From an uncultured Oscillospiraceae bacterium (GTDB lineage Bacteria; Bacillota; Clostridia; Oscillospirales; Ruminococcaceae), in the NCBI GenBank assembly GCA_964370185.1, contig CAYJIJ010000003.1, forward strand, positions 2,349 to 66,348: a stretch of DNA of 64,000 nt, in the 5' to 3' direction. Below the pieces are notes generated by a model. The model worked only from the letters and a program-made list of their open reading frames with translations. It had not been told where the DNA came from and did no database searches. Positions 45,190 through 54,519 of this stretch are shown in pieces. Numbering within the stretch: position 1 is the first letter of the stretch; every line of letters starts with the position of its first letter. A program made the position numbers and the translations under genes.

Positions 45190-46236
45190 TTATTTCTTTG
45201 AGTCATGCAGTAGTGAGATGAGGCTGATTACTGTTTTTTCTAAAATAATTCTGTCATTCACCTTAGAGCTTTTGAGTGATAAATCGGCATCTGTAAGCAG
45301 TGCGAGTGCCTCATATAGCTTAGACGCTGTATGCTTTGCCGATTGATTATAGGCGTTTTTTAGCCTGAAATTGTTTTTAGAAGTAAATCCAAAATCCTCA
45401 CTCGCAGTGGATAGAGGCACATTGTTCGCCTGCGCTACCTTAGCCCTGTATAAATCGCAAAAGCTGTTTGAAAGGACTGCCATAATCATGGTGGGCGGTT
45501 CTTTTAGATAGAGAAGGTCGGAGAGTATCCGCATAGCCTGAGAGGGATTTTTGGCGTTTATTGCATTTGTTAGGTCAAACACCCTCGCTTCCACTGTTTC
45601 CACGGTGTAGCGGTGGATATCTTCATTTGTAATATTATCGCTACAGATGGCAGATAGTTTTGAGAGCTCATTATTTAGTATGGACATATCCGTGCCACAG
45701 TGACGAATTAATTCACTTGCCACATTTTTCTCGATATTCTTACCACTTTTTTTAAGGGTGCGAGTGATAAATGCAGTTAAGTCGGATGGTTGTTGTTTTT
45801 CGAATTTTAAAATATTGCCATTTTTCTCAAAAGCAGCATTTATCAGTTTGCAGGCTTTATTCTTTAAGGGGGAAAAGCTATTATCCTTTATCACAAGCAA
45901 AAATAAAGTGTGCGGTGGCATGTCTTCCGCCGCTTTTATTACTTCTTCTATGAGCTCGCCTGCATTATCGCCCTGTGGGATGGGGGGAGTGTTTAGCATC
46001 ACCGCCCTAAATCCACCAAACATCGGCACTGATTCTATGCTATTTGTAAAAGCTTCCCCAGTGGTCTTACTGCCGTCGAGCTGTAAAAAATCGCCGTCAT
46101 TTTTGGCGGTAAATTCCTTTATCATGTTAACCGCATGATTTATTAAGTAATGCTCGTTTCCATATATTAAAAAGAGGCGGGAGAAATCCTCCTGCTTTAA
46201 AGTTTCTTTGAGTTTGGCGATATCGAGTTTTGCCAT
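45190..46236 (-). CDS. holA: DNA polymerase III subunit delta
   Basis: 348 aa. FLIYGNEHYL N-terminus. Conserved position downstream of comEC. Confidence 0.8.
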   Translation of the reverse strand: MAKLDIAKLKETLKQEDFSRLFLIYGNEHYLINHAVNMIKEFTAKNDGDFLQLDGSKTTGEAFTNSIESVPMFGGFRAVMLNTPPIPQGDNAGELIEEVIKAAEDMPPHTLFLLVIKDNSFSPLKNKACKLINAAFEKNGNILKFEKQQPSDLTAFITRTLKKSGKNIEKNVASELIRHCGTDMSILNNELSKLSAICSDNITNEDIHRYTVETVEARVFDLTNAINAKNPSQAMRILSDLLYLKEPPTMIMAVLSNSFCDLYRAKVAQANNVPLSTASEDFGFTSKNNFRLKNAYNQSAKHTASKLYEALALLTDADLSLKSSKVNDRIILEKTVISLISLLHDSKK

Positions 46237-46282
46237 ACAGTTGCCTCCGAAGTCCTTAGTTTTTAGGCTTTAGCCATATAAA

Positions 46283-48322
46283 TTATTCATATATGTAGTA
46301 ATTATATTCATATTCATCGTGATAAGAGCTGATTTTAAAGCTGTTATCATGCTTAATTAAATTATTATCCTCGTCAATAATGCAGTTATACAGGCTATCG
46401 GCGTCATTAGAAACAATTATACCATAATTCCCCGACTTTTTTAATAGCGAAACATCATTATTTACAATTTTTATATCACCCGACGAAGTAAGCTCAACGC
46501 TAAAGTCGTCACTTAAATTAATTTTACACTCGGTGGCAAGTAGTGTTTTGCTCTCTACAAGACTGTTTTGCAAGAATGTGGAGGTGCTTTCATCGGAATA
46601 TACGAGGTTTTTAGGAGTGGTTTCGGTGAGATAATCGGCAAATGCACCCGATATTTGCCCCGTGGATATTACCGTATCAGCCATTACATCGGCATGCCTA
46701 TACGAAGAATAATCCTCCACAATCGCTATCTCGGCACCTCGATGATTGAGCACAAAATATCCATCACCCATTTTTATGCCAAATCCGTTGTAAAACTGAC
46801 TGTACAGGGTGGCATGTCCGATAAAAACTAAAACTGCTGAGCATAAAAGTGATAAACACATCTCATGGGAGGAGGCCTGAAGATATATGGCTAAATAGAT
46901 TATCACTGAGGCGAGGATGAATGTCAGCAGTAATGTTGGGGTGTCCACATATATTACTGAATAGGGAATTTTACTTACAAACACCGAAATTTCAGCAATC
47001 ATCATCAATAAAGCTCCCGATAAAAATCCAAATAGTTCACCAGTAAAGCCAAACAGACCGCCTAAAACTCCCGTGATAAGAGAAGAAATAAGGGAGAGCT
47101 GAGCGAGGAGACCACAAAGTATATTTGCAAATGGAGAAATGAGTGAAAAATATCCGAAATAGAGTGGAGTAAGCACAATTAGAGATAGCCATGCCGCCAC
47201 CGATTGTAGCGCTAAACCATGCAGAACATTTAAAAATCTATTTTTAGATTTTATAGCAAAACGAATCTTTAAAAACGGAGTGATAAGACATAGCCCAAGA
47301 GATGCCGAATAAGAGAGTATAAAACCAACATCGTGGACTATCAAAGGGTTAAGTAGCAAACTTATAATCCCTGCTACTGCCAGTGATGTGAGAGTGTCGG
47401 CTTCTCTGAATATGATATTTGCGATGAGTGAAAGCAAAATCATTATCACTGAGCGTGTCACCGAGGGGGAGAAGCCACAAATGCAGGCAAAGAGAATGGG
47501 GACGGGGAGGGTCAGCAGCGAAGACATGCGAATAGGTATTCCCATATAACACAAAAATCCTAAAAAGCTAAAACTGACCACCGACATATGCAGTCCGGAC
47601 ACACTTGTAAGATGCGAAGTGCCTGCAATATTCATGCTCTGCGTGAGCTCATAGTCCATATATCTTTCATCGCCTGTCGCAATTGCTACTGCAAGCCCTG
47701 AATAGTCAGAATTAACACTGTGCAGTATATTTTCAGTTATGTAATTTCTAAAGCCTACCGATAGCTGAGTAAGGGGGAAGGCGGCTTCTTCGGATGGAGT
47801 GATATTTACTACTGCGCTTCCCCTTAGGTGAATATCGTCCGAAATCTGCTCGCCGAGCATTTTATATGTTGGCATATCGGTGAGCACGGAGGTGTGAAAA
47901 CTTTCCCCTTCATCAATATCAAGCTTCCCATATGTGGTAAAGCTGATGGTGAAATTTTCGGGAATTCCCTGTACATTTAACGCAGTTGCCCTTGCATTTA
48001 TTAGGTGACCTCCATAGTAATCCTCAATTTCGGTAGCAGTAGCATGTATCTGAACTATCTTGCCGCCCATCTTTGCTAAAGGGATGAGCTCATTATTTAG
48101 ATGCAATGAAAGACTTATTAGCGCAAAAGAAACACCAATCAGAAAAACTCCTACATATTTTATATTTTTTACGATTTTATCGGTATTGACAAAAAGCAAA
48201 ACCGCTCCCACCGATAAAATCAGCATGGAAACGGTCAGTACCACTCTAATATTAAAATAAAAAGGCATTAGCAGGGAAGTGATAATATATCCACTCCCCA
48301 TAAAGAAAAGGGGACGCTTCAT
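46283..48322 (-). CDS. comEC: ComEC/Rec2-family DNA internalisation channel protein
   Basis: Competence domain with multiple TM helices (TGDERYMD...NIAGTSHLTSVSGLHM). ATG 48322 after GGAGAG. Confidence 0.8.
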   Translation of the reverse strand: MKRPLFFMGSGYIITSLLMPFYFNIRVVLTVSMLILSVGAVLLFVNTDKIVKNIKYVGVFLIGVSFALISLSLHLNNELIPLAKMGGKIVQIHATATEIEDYYGGHLINARATALNVQGIPENFTISFTTYGKLDIDEGESFHTSVLTDMPTYKMLGEQISDDIHLRGSAVVNITPSEEAAFPLTQLSVGFRNYITENILHSVNSDYSGLAVAIATGDERYMDYELTQSMNIAGTSHLTSVSGLHMSVVSFSFLGFLCYMGIPIRMSSLLTLPVPILFACICGFSPSVTRSVIMILLSLIANIIFREADTLTSLAVAGIISLLLNPLIVHDVGFILSYSASLGLCLITPFLKIRFAIKSKNRFLNVLHGLALQSVAAWLSLIVLTPLYFGYFSLISPFANILCGLLAQLSLISSLITGVLGGLFGFTGELFGFLSGALLMMIAEISVFVSKIPYSVIYVDTPTLLLTFILASVIIYLAIYLQASSHEMCLSLLCSAVLVFIGHATLYSQFYNGFGIKMGDGYFVLNHRGAEIAIVEDYSSYRHADVMADTVISTGQISGAFADYLTETTPKNLVYSDESTSTFLQNSLVESKTLLATECKINLSDDFSVELTSSGDIKIVNNDVSLLKKSGNYGIIVSNDADSLYNCIIDEDNNLIKHDNSFKISSYHDEYEYNYYIYE

Positions 48323-48383
48323 GATGTCACTCTCCATAGATGTCGTTCAAAGGCTATCGTCACACAGATTATACAGCGATAAT

Positions 48384-48426
48384 CCATAGGGTGGCTTCCC
48401 TATGGTAACTTCCCAAAAACGAACCG
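48384..48426. repeat. Inverted copy of the dispersed motif (gttcgtttt-gggRagt-caccct), interrupted by an 8-bp hairpin
   Basis: The reverse complement cggttcgtttttgggaagt[taccatagggaagc]caccctatgg aligns with 48643-48670. Confidence 0.55.
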
Positions 48427-48642
48427 TTTTTTATTTACCCAAAAGCCCCATACCTATGTCATCCCACCTTGTAAGGCGAGAGCATTACTGCGGCGGTCTT
48501 CCTTGCTATGGTGCTTTTGGCGGTATAAAAAATTCTGCGAACTCTCCATGTGTAAATTTTTTTAGATGTACGTATTCTTTAATTGTGTGCAGAAGCTATG
48601 TGGTGCGATATGCACAGTGATTAGCTAAATTTACACATTACG

Positions 48643-48670
48643 AGCGTGTTCGTTTTAGGGGAGTCACCCT
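48643..48670. repeat. Dispersed 28-nt motif, copy A
   Basis: agcgtgttcgttttaggggagtcaccct compared with 50957-50984 agcgtgttcgttttaaggggctcaccgt. Confidence 0.7.
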
Positions 48671-48707
48671 AACCAAATAAAATGCTTTTGGATTATATGG
48701 GTTATCC

Positions 48708-49454
48708 TTAAGTTAAAATATCCTTTAAAAACCCCAAACTATTGGGTGTGAATTCTATCTGGCTGAGCAAATACTGCTCTGTGGCTTTAGCGAGCAAATC
48801 AAGCGAGTGTCCGCCGAGTGTAAAAGAAAAAAGGCTTGGCTGTGTGGAGTAAATAATATGCCGCATCGCATTTACCACGGAATAGCTAAGCTTTATATCC
48901 GCCCTGCGGCTTCCCGATTTCACACAGTCGGAGCACAGCATAATTCCATCCTCTAAAAAAAGGCTGAAATATTCACTCTCATGCTTACCACAATTAGCGC
49001 AACCCACGAGATCGGGCATAAAGCCGCTTAAAGTGAGAAGTCTTAGTTCAAATACTGCCTTAATAAAAGATATTGGGCGCATACTCTCTTCAAGTATATG
49101 TAGACTGTTTAAAAGCAGTTTTTGCTGTTGCTCGGTTTGCTCTCCCTCCCTACAAAAAATCCCTGCAAGCTCACAGAGGTAGGTAGCGAGGGAGAGTTTT
49201 TCTATATCCTGCCTAATTCCGAAAAAAAGACGATGATAATCAGCACTAACCACTATGAGTGAATCCCTTTTTTTCTCAAGGACAAACCTCGAATAGCAGA
49301 TGAGCTCGGTAGCTCCCGAGAGTTTCCCGCGTGGGTTTATAGCTCCTCTGGCATATGCGGAAATCACACCCATGTCGGGGGTTAAAAGATGGATAATTCT
49401 ATCACCTTTAAAAGGCTTTGTCTTTATTATCACTGCATCCGTCGTAATTTGCAT
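48708..49454 (-). CDS. recO: DNA repair protein RecO
   Basis: 248 aa. OB-fold N-terminus and Cys4 zinc motif (CANCGK...CSDC). era-yqzL-recO synteny. Confidence 0.85.
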   Translation of the reverse strand: MQITTDAVIIKTKPFKGDRIIHLLTPDMGVISAYARGAINPRGKLSGATELICYSRFVLEKKRDSLIVVSADYHRLFFGIRQDIEKLSLATYLCELAGIFCREGEQTEQQQKLLLNSLHILEESMRPISFIKAVFELRLLTLSGFMPDLVGCANCGKHESEYFSLFLEDGIMLCSDCVKSGSRRADIKLSYSVVNAMRHIIYSTQPSLFSFTLGGHSLDLLAKATEQYLLSQIEFTPNSLGFLKDILT

Positions 49455-49566
49455 TTTCTCTATCTCCGCTGTTGTTTACAGCAACCCTCAGATTATCAAC
49501 ATAGCAGAGATAATCCTCTATTTTGCCGCTTTTCTCAAATAATTCCCAGTGTTTGTCGGTATTCAT
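49408..49566 (-). CDS. yqzL: YqzL-family small protein (52 aa)
   Basis: GGGAGG RBS. MNTDKHWELFEKSGKIEDYLCYV fits the YqzL W..F..tG.I..YL signature. Sits in the canonical slot between era and recO. The 3' end overlaps recO by 47 nt. Confidence 0.6.
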   Translation of the reverse strand: MNTDKHWELFEKSGKIEDYLCYVDNLRVAVNNSGDRENANYDGCSDNKDKAF

Positions 49567-49582
49567 CCGCCTACCTCCCAAG

Positions 49583-49616
49583 ATATAATTACACAAATTA
49601 ATTTGTGTAATTATAT
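49583..49616. promoter_or_regulatory. 34-bp perfect palindrome directly upstream of the yqzL RBS
   Basis: atataattacacaaatt|aatttgtgtaattatat (17+17, no spacer). Contains TATAAT on both strands. Confidence 0.5.
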
Positions 49617-49623
49617 TCTCTGC

Positions 49624-49935
49624 AAAAAAAGCTTTGCTATTACAGGAAATTCGGATATATAAAAATGTTAAAAAATACCGAAAAATTTCGCTTTGCTATG
49701 AAATGATTTTTTATTATCTTTCCACCACCTTGCGGTGGCGAAAAGATGAATTTGGTGTAATGGTTTTTAAAAAAACTTTGCTTATAGAATTAACTATATA
49801 AAAATGTTAAAAAATACCGAAAAATTTCGCTTTTGATATGAAATGGTTTTTTATTATCTTTCCACCACCTTGCGGTGGTGAAAAGATAAATTTGGTGTAA
49901 TGGTTTTTAAAAAAACTTTGCTTTATAAAATTCAG
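49624..49935. repeat. Tandem direct repeat, about 2.2 copies of a 140-145-bp unit, each with a 13-14-bp hairpin
   Basis: Unit 1 is 49624-49768, unit 2 is 49769-49908, and a partial unit 3 runs to about 49935. Roughly 90 percent identity by eye. Hairpin atctttccaccacc ttgc ggtggYgaaaagat. Confidence 0.9.
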
Positions 49936-49991
49936 CTATTTTCCCTCAGTTTCTCCACGGAGTGGGGGAAGGGAATATAGGGGAGAGCTTT

Positions 49992-50897
49992 TTATTCATA
50001 TCCGAATGTGCGAATAATTCCTGCCCTATTTCGCCAGTCTTCTTTAACTTTTACCCAGCATTTTAAATTTACCTTTATGCCTAAAAATGCCTCCATGTCT
50101 TGGCGTGCATGTGTGCCGATGCGCTTTAGCATTACGCCCTGTTTGCCAATAATCATCCCCTTGTGGCTGTCACGCTCGCAGAGTATGGTGGCGTCAATAT
50201 CCATGATGGGGGAGTTTTCACGCTCTTTCATTTTGTCTATCACCACCGCCGTGCCGTGGGGTATCTCATCATGTAGCGAGCGGAGTATTTTTTCCCTAAT
50301 AATCTCGGACATAATAATTCTCTCAGGTTGATCGGTGAGTGAATCCTCGGGGAAGAAATGAGGGGAGGAAACTGCAAATTTGCCCACTTCCTCCATAAGC
50401 CCAGCCGTACCACTGCCATTTAGTGCGGATATGGGGACTATTGCCGCAAAATTCATCAATGCGGTGTATGTGGTGATAACCTCCATAAGCTTCGATTTAT
50501 CGGGGATGAGGTCAATCTTATTTAGCGCTAAAATTGTTGGAAGCTCACGCTTGGTGAGATTTTCGATGAGTCCTTTTTCGGTGTCGCTTATCTTATGGGT
50601 GGCATCCACCACCAAAACAGCGCAATCCACATCGGCAAAGGACTCCTTTACCTGCCCCATCATATACTGGCCAAGCTTATTTTTAGGGCTGTGTATTCCA
50701 GGTGTGTCGATAAATACTATCTGTAAATCGCCTTCTGTTAAAACCCCTCTGATTTGGGTGCGTGTGGTTTGGGGTTTTGAGGAAACTATTGCCACTTTTT
50801 CACCTATGAGCTTATTGAGCAGAGAAGATTTGCCGACATTCGGCTTCCCTATTATAGCCACAAATGCAGTGGTGGTGGACATCTTTGTTTTATTCAT
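49992..50897 (-). CDS. era: GTPase Era
   Basis: G1 motif GKPNVGKSS, DTPG, NKID, and a KH domain at the C-terminus. Start set at ATG 50897 (GGAG 6 nt upstream); the ORF extends to 50915. Confidence 0.9.
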   Translation of the reverse strand: MNKTKMSTTTAFVAIIGKPNVGKSSLLNKLIGEKVAIVSSKPQTTRTQIRGVLTEGDLQIVFIDTPGIHSPKNKLGQYMMGQVKESFADVDCAVLVVDATHKISDTEKGLIENLTKRELPTILALNKIDLIPDKSKLMEVITTYTALMNFAAIVPISALNGSGTAGLMEEVGKFAVSSPHFFPEDSLTDQPERIIMSEIIREKILRSLHDEIPHGTAVVIDKMKERENSPIMDIDATILCERDSHKGMIIGKQGVMLKRIGTHARQDMEAFLGIKVNLKCWVKVKEDWRNRAGIIRTFGYE

Positions 50898-50956
50898 ATT
50901 ATACTCCATTTTCATGCCGTGTGTAGGGTGAGCTTTCTAAATCGAAATTTCTGTTA

Positions 50957-50984
50957 AGCGTGTTCGTTTTAAGGGGCTCACCGT
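50957..50984. repeat. Dispersed 28-nt motif, copy B (ybeY-era spacer)
   Basis: agcgtgttcgttttaaggggctcaccgt. Confidence 0.7.
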
Positions 50985-50998
50985 AGTCGAAGGTGTTT

Positions 50999-51508
50999 TT
51001 AGTTATCGTCCTCAAGCTGGGAATAAACAGTTTCTCTTGAAAGCCCCAGCCTTTGAAGTGTGCGCTCTTCCTTTTCCCTCATTTTCGAGGACTCAACAGG
51101 GCTTAGTTCATGGTCGTAGCCAAGCAGATGGAGCACCGAGTGCACACAGAGGAAAGCCATTTCTCTGTTTAAATCATGGCCGTACATCTGCGCCTGCTCA
51201 ACCGCTTTTTCCACTGATATTACTATATCTCCGAGGAGCATAGCGCCTGTTTCTTCATTTTTATCATATACGCCATTTTCTCCAAGTGGGAAGGAGAGGA
51301 CATCCGTTGCACTATCTTTTTTGCGATATTCACGATTTAAATCCCTTATATCCGCATTATCCATAAATGTTATGCTGAGCTCGGCATCGTCACTAAAGCC
51401 CTCATCATTTAAAACCGCATGGCAAGAACGCCTCAGCAATAGGCGCATACCCGAGGGGATTTTCACTTTATTTTGTCTGTTTGATACTGTGACTTTTAAT
51501 TTTCCCAT
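50999..51508 (-). CDS. ybeY: rRNA maturation endoribonuclease YbeY
   Basis: HSVLHLLGYDH zinc motif. 169 aa. Confidence 0.9.
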   Translation of the reverse strand: MGKLKVTVSNRQNKVKIPSGMRLLLRRSCHAVLNDEGFSDDAELSITFMDNADIRDLNREYRKKDSATDVLSFPLGENGVYDKNEETGAMLLGDIVISVEKAVEQAQMYGHDLNREMAFLCVHSVLHLLGYDHELSPVESSKMREKEERTLQRLGLSRETVYSQLEDDN

Positions 51509-51576
51509 TTTAAAATTCGACCTCTTTTCTAATAACTCTAAACAACTTAATCTATCGGATATCCCATATAAATCCT

Positions 51577-52551
51577 CTAATAATTATTCCTTCTTTTATT
51601 TAGCGACTCATGATATTTATCATATGCCTTTACTATATCCTGCACAAGCCTATGCCTTACCACATCTTTTTCGCCCAAATGAATTATACCTATATCATTT
51701 ATGTTTTTAAGCACTTTTGCGGCTTCGTTGAGGCCTGATTTTTTCTTGTCAGGCAAGTCTATCTGTGTTATATCACCCGTTATTACCACTTTTGAATTAA
51801 AGCCCAAACGAGTTAAAAACATCTTCATCTGCTCAGGTGTTGTATTTTGCGCTTCATCGAGGATTATGAAGGAATCATCAAGGGTGCGCCCCCTCATATA
51901 TGCAAGCGGTGCAACTTCAATATTGCCACGCTCAAGGTATTTTTGATAGTTTTCCGCACCGAGCATATCAAAAAGCGCATCGTAGAGCGGCCTTAAATAT
52001 GGGTCTACCTTATTTTGCAAATCCCCCGGCAAAAACCCGAGTTTTTCCCCTGCTTCAACGGCAGGACGAGTTAAAATAATGCGGTTTATTTCATGCGCCC
52101 TAAATGCCTTTACCGCCATAGCCACCGCAAGATAGGTTTTACCCGTACCAGCAGGGCCTATGCCGAGCGAAATAGTGTTTTTAGTTATGCAGTCCACATA
52201 TTTTTTCTGCCCGAAAGTCTTAGCCTTTAAAGGCTTGCCTTTAGCGGTAACACAGATAACATCGGAATAAAGGTTCTCTGCTTTTTCTTCATTGCCCTCA
52301 TCCACTAAAGAAATCATATAGAGGACGGTCTGCTCGGTTATAGCTTCACCGCTGTTTGTAGCAGTGATAAGATTATCCACCACCGCACCTGCACGATAAA
52401 CCTGCTCGGCATCGCCCGATATCTTGATATCAGTGCCCCTAAATACTATCGTCACATTGTAATGCTCCTCTATTAGCTTGGTGTTTTTATCAAAGCTACC
52501 AAAGAGTGAAAGTGCATGTTCCATGCGTTCAATATTAATTAGTTTCTCCAT
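51577..52551 (-). CDS. phoH: PhoH-family ATPase
   Basis: Walker A GPAGTGKTYLA. ILDEAQN, GDITQIDLP. Confidence 0.9.
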   Translation of the reverse strand: MEKLINIERMEHALSLFGSFDKNTKLIEEHYNVTIVFRGTDIKISGDAEQVYRAGAVVDNLITATNSGEAITEQTVLYMISLVDEGNEEKAENLYSDVICVTAKGKPLKAKTFGQKKYVDCITKNTISLGIGPAGTGKTYLAVAMAVKAFRAHEINRIILTRPAVEAGEKLGFLPGDLQNKVDPYLRPLYDALFDMLGAENYQKYLERGNIEVAPLAYMRGRTLDDSFIILDEAQNTTPEQMKMFLTRLGFNSKVVITGDITQIDLPDKKKSGLNEAAKVLKNINDIGIIHLGEKDVVRHRLVQDIVKAYDKYHESLNKRRNNY

Positions 52552-52696
52552 AAAATCCAATCCTTTTTTTAGTATTTGGAATAAATATAATTAAAATCAG
52601 TTTGATTTGTATTTTACTCGTAGAGCAAAACATAGGACTAATGGCAATTGCTCAAAAACTAAGGATTGCGCAGTTTTTACCCACAAATAATGTGAT

Positions 52697-52737
52697 GGGA
52701 GGTTATATTTGCCATAGGTTATTTAAATCCATATGTC
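52697..52737. repeat. REP-like family copy ii (lacks the inner hairpin)
   Basis: gggaggttatatttgccataggttatttaaatccatatgtc parallels 56369-56439 (gaggta...aaatttgcc[hairpin]ggcaatttaaatctatatgtc). Confidence 0.5.
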
Positions 52738-52940
52738 GTTTATTATGAAATTACATATATTCAGTGCAAATAAAAAATATTTTATAGTGATATTGTAGCA
52801 CAAATTTATAAGGTTGTACACTCTTTTACTGTGATTTAAATGATTTGCATTACACATTTAGTTTTAAATCTCTTTGCTTTTCCTTGCGGATTTATCAAAA
52901 ATCGCCTCTGTAAAATCTGTGTGAAAAGATATTATGATAG

Positions 52941-52985
52941 CAAAACAAAATGGCACGGTGGATAAGCTCTCCACAGCGTGCCATT
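52941..52985 (-). terminator. Rho-independent terminator of cinA
   Basis: aatggcacg / cgtgccatt stem, followed on the minus strand by ttttgttttg. Confidence 0.7.
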
Positions 52986-53007
52986 ACAGGTGCCACCAAA
53001 TAGGTGA

Positions 53008-54255
53008 TTATTTCATTTTTCTAACAAGTCTTAGCGCTAAATTCATTGCATTTGAAGAAGCTCTTTTTCGCACATTTTTTCTGCTCGGATTAATACCTGG
53101 CATTTTCATTTCATGAACTTCTGTCTTTTGTGCAGTTGCAATAGCGATATATACAAGTCCCACAGGCTTTTCCTCACTGCCACCGCCTGGGCCTGCTATG
53201 CCTGTTATGCCAATTGCAATGTCGGCACAAGAGAGTGAAAGTACTCCCTCAGCCATAGCCTTCGCAGTTTGAGTGGATACAGCGCCGTGTTTATCAATGT
53301 CGCCCACTCCGAGCAGCTTCTCTTTTATATTATTGCCATAACTGCATATGCCACAGTCAAAAACATGGGATGCCCCTGCCACATCGGTAATGCGCTTGGA
53401 GATAAGCCCACCGGTACAGCTCTCGGCTACTGCAATCTTCATATTTTTATCAGTGAGTGCCTCCACAAGTGCGTATTCGATACCGTCGGAGTCCACGCCG
53501 TATATGCTATCAGCAGGTAGCATTGTGCGCAGTTTAGCTTCTGCTTCGTCCGCTAATTTTATCGCTTCACTTTCATTTTCAGCAAAGGCAATAATCCTTA
53601 CAATCACCTCGAAATCACCCACATATGTAGCCACCGAGGGATTGATGCTGTCCACCGCATAATCTTTTATATGCTCAAATATATCCGATTCACCATAGCC
53701 AAAAATATTTAAATTCCTGCAAGCGCTGAATTTATTTGTGAGCTTTAGAAGATAGTCGCCCACAAAGTCATCCATCATCGGATTTACTTCCCTTGGCGGG
53801 CCGGGGAACATTATAATTTTTTTGCCGTCGTCAGTAGTGAGTATCAGCCCCGGTGCAGTACCTTTCTTATTAGGTATTATAACAGCGTCCTTAGGTATCA
53901 TAGCCTGCTTTAAATTGCTTGGAGGCATTTCACGGTCGAGCTTTGTGTAAAAGCTTTCTATCAGATTTCTAATTTCAGTATTTTCCACAAGCTCCTTGCC
54001 TATTACCTCGCAAACAGTTTCCTTGCTTAAATCGTCATATGTTGGGCCCATGCCACCAGTAGTCACAATAATATCGGCACGTGAAAGCGCAACTTTTAGT
54101 TGCTCGGAGAGCCTTGCAGGATGATCTCCCACCACCGACTGATGAAGCACTTCAATTCCGATTTCCCTCAGCTTTTTTGAAATATATGCTGTGTTTGTAT
54201 TAACAGTATAGCCTGTGAGAAGCTCCTCACCTATCGAAATAATTTCACAAATCAT
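53008..54255 (-). CDS. cinA: CinA: competence/damage-inducible protein (MoCF-binding plus NMN amidohydrolase PncC domains)
   Basis: MICEIISIGEELLTGYTVNTN...TTGGMGPTYDD...AVAESCTGG. GGTGGAGGA RBS before ATG 54255. Confidence 0.9.
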   Translation of the reverse strand: MICEIISIGEELLTGYTVNTNTAYISKKLREIGIEVLHQSVVGDHPARLSEQLKVALSRADIIVTTGGMGPTYDDLSKETVCEVIGKELVENTEIRNLIESFYTKLDREMPPSNLKQAMIPKDAVIIPNKKGTAPGLILTTDDGKKIIMFPGPPREVNPMMDDFVGDYLLKLTNKFSACRNLNIFGYGESDIFEHIKDYAVDSINPSVATYVGDFEVIVRIIAFAENESEAIKLADEAEAKLRTMLPADSIYGVDSDGIEYALVEALTDKNMKIAVAESCTGGLISKRITDVAGASHVFDCGICSYGNNIKEKLLGVGDIDKHGAVSTQTAKAMAEGVLSLSCADIAIGITGIAGPGGGSEEKPVGLVYIAIATAQKTEVHEMKMPGINPSRKNVRKRASSNAMNLALRLVRKMK

Positions 54256-54453
54256 GTTTTTCCTCCACCTAAAACTTTTTTCATTCCACACTAATTATAG
54301 TATATCGTAGGATTAAATTCAAGCAAATAATAGATGTGCAGAAAAAGCGAATATTAAAGACTACCTCAAGCGCTTAAAAAGTAGTTATATGGGCAAAATA
54401 CTGGGATTTTATGGGTGAAAGATGGGCAATGTTGATAAAGAGGGCGTTTAAAA

Positions 54454-54482
54454 TTGACACTATGACATTTTCGTGATAGAAT
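54454..54482 (+). promoter_or_regulatory. Predicted sigma-70 promoter of the capD-like gene
   Basis: TTGACA, 17-nt spacer, TAGAAT. Confidence 0.55.
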
Positions 54483-54519
54483 TAGTTGCTAAAATCACAA
54501 AATAAGGAGCATTTACGCT

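Noticed and set aside
49624-49935. Possible CRISPR array
   Set aside because: The repeat units are about 140 bp and abut directly with no unique spacers. No cas genes are in the window.
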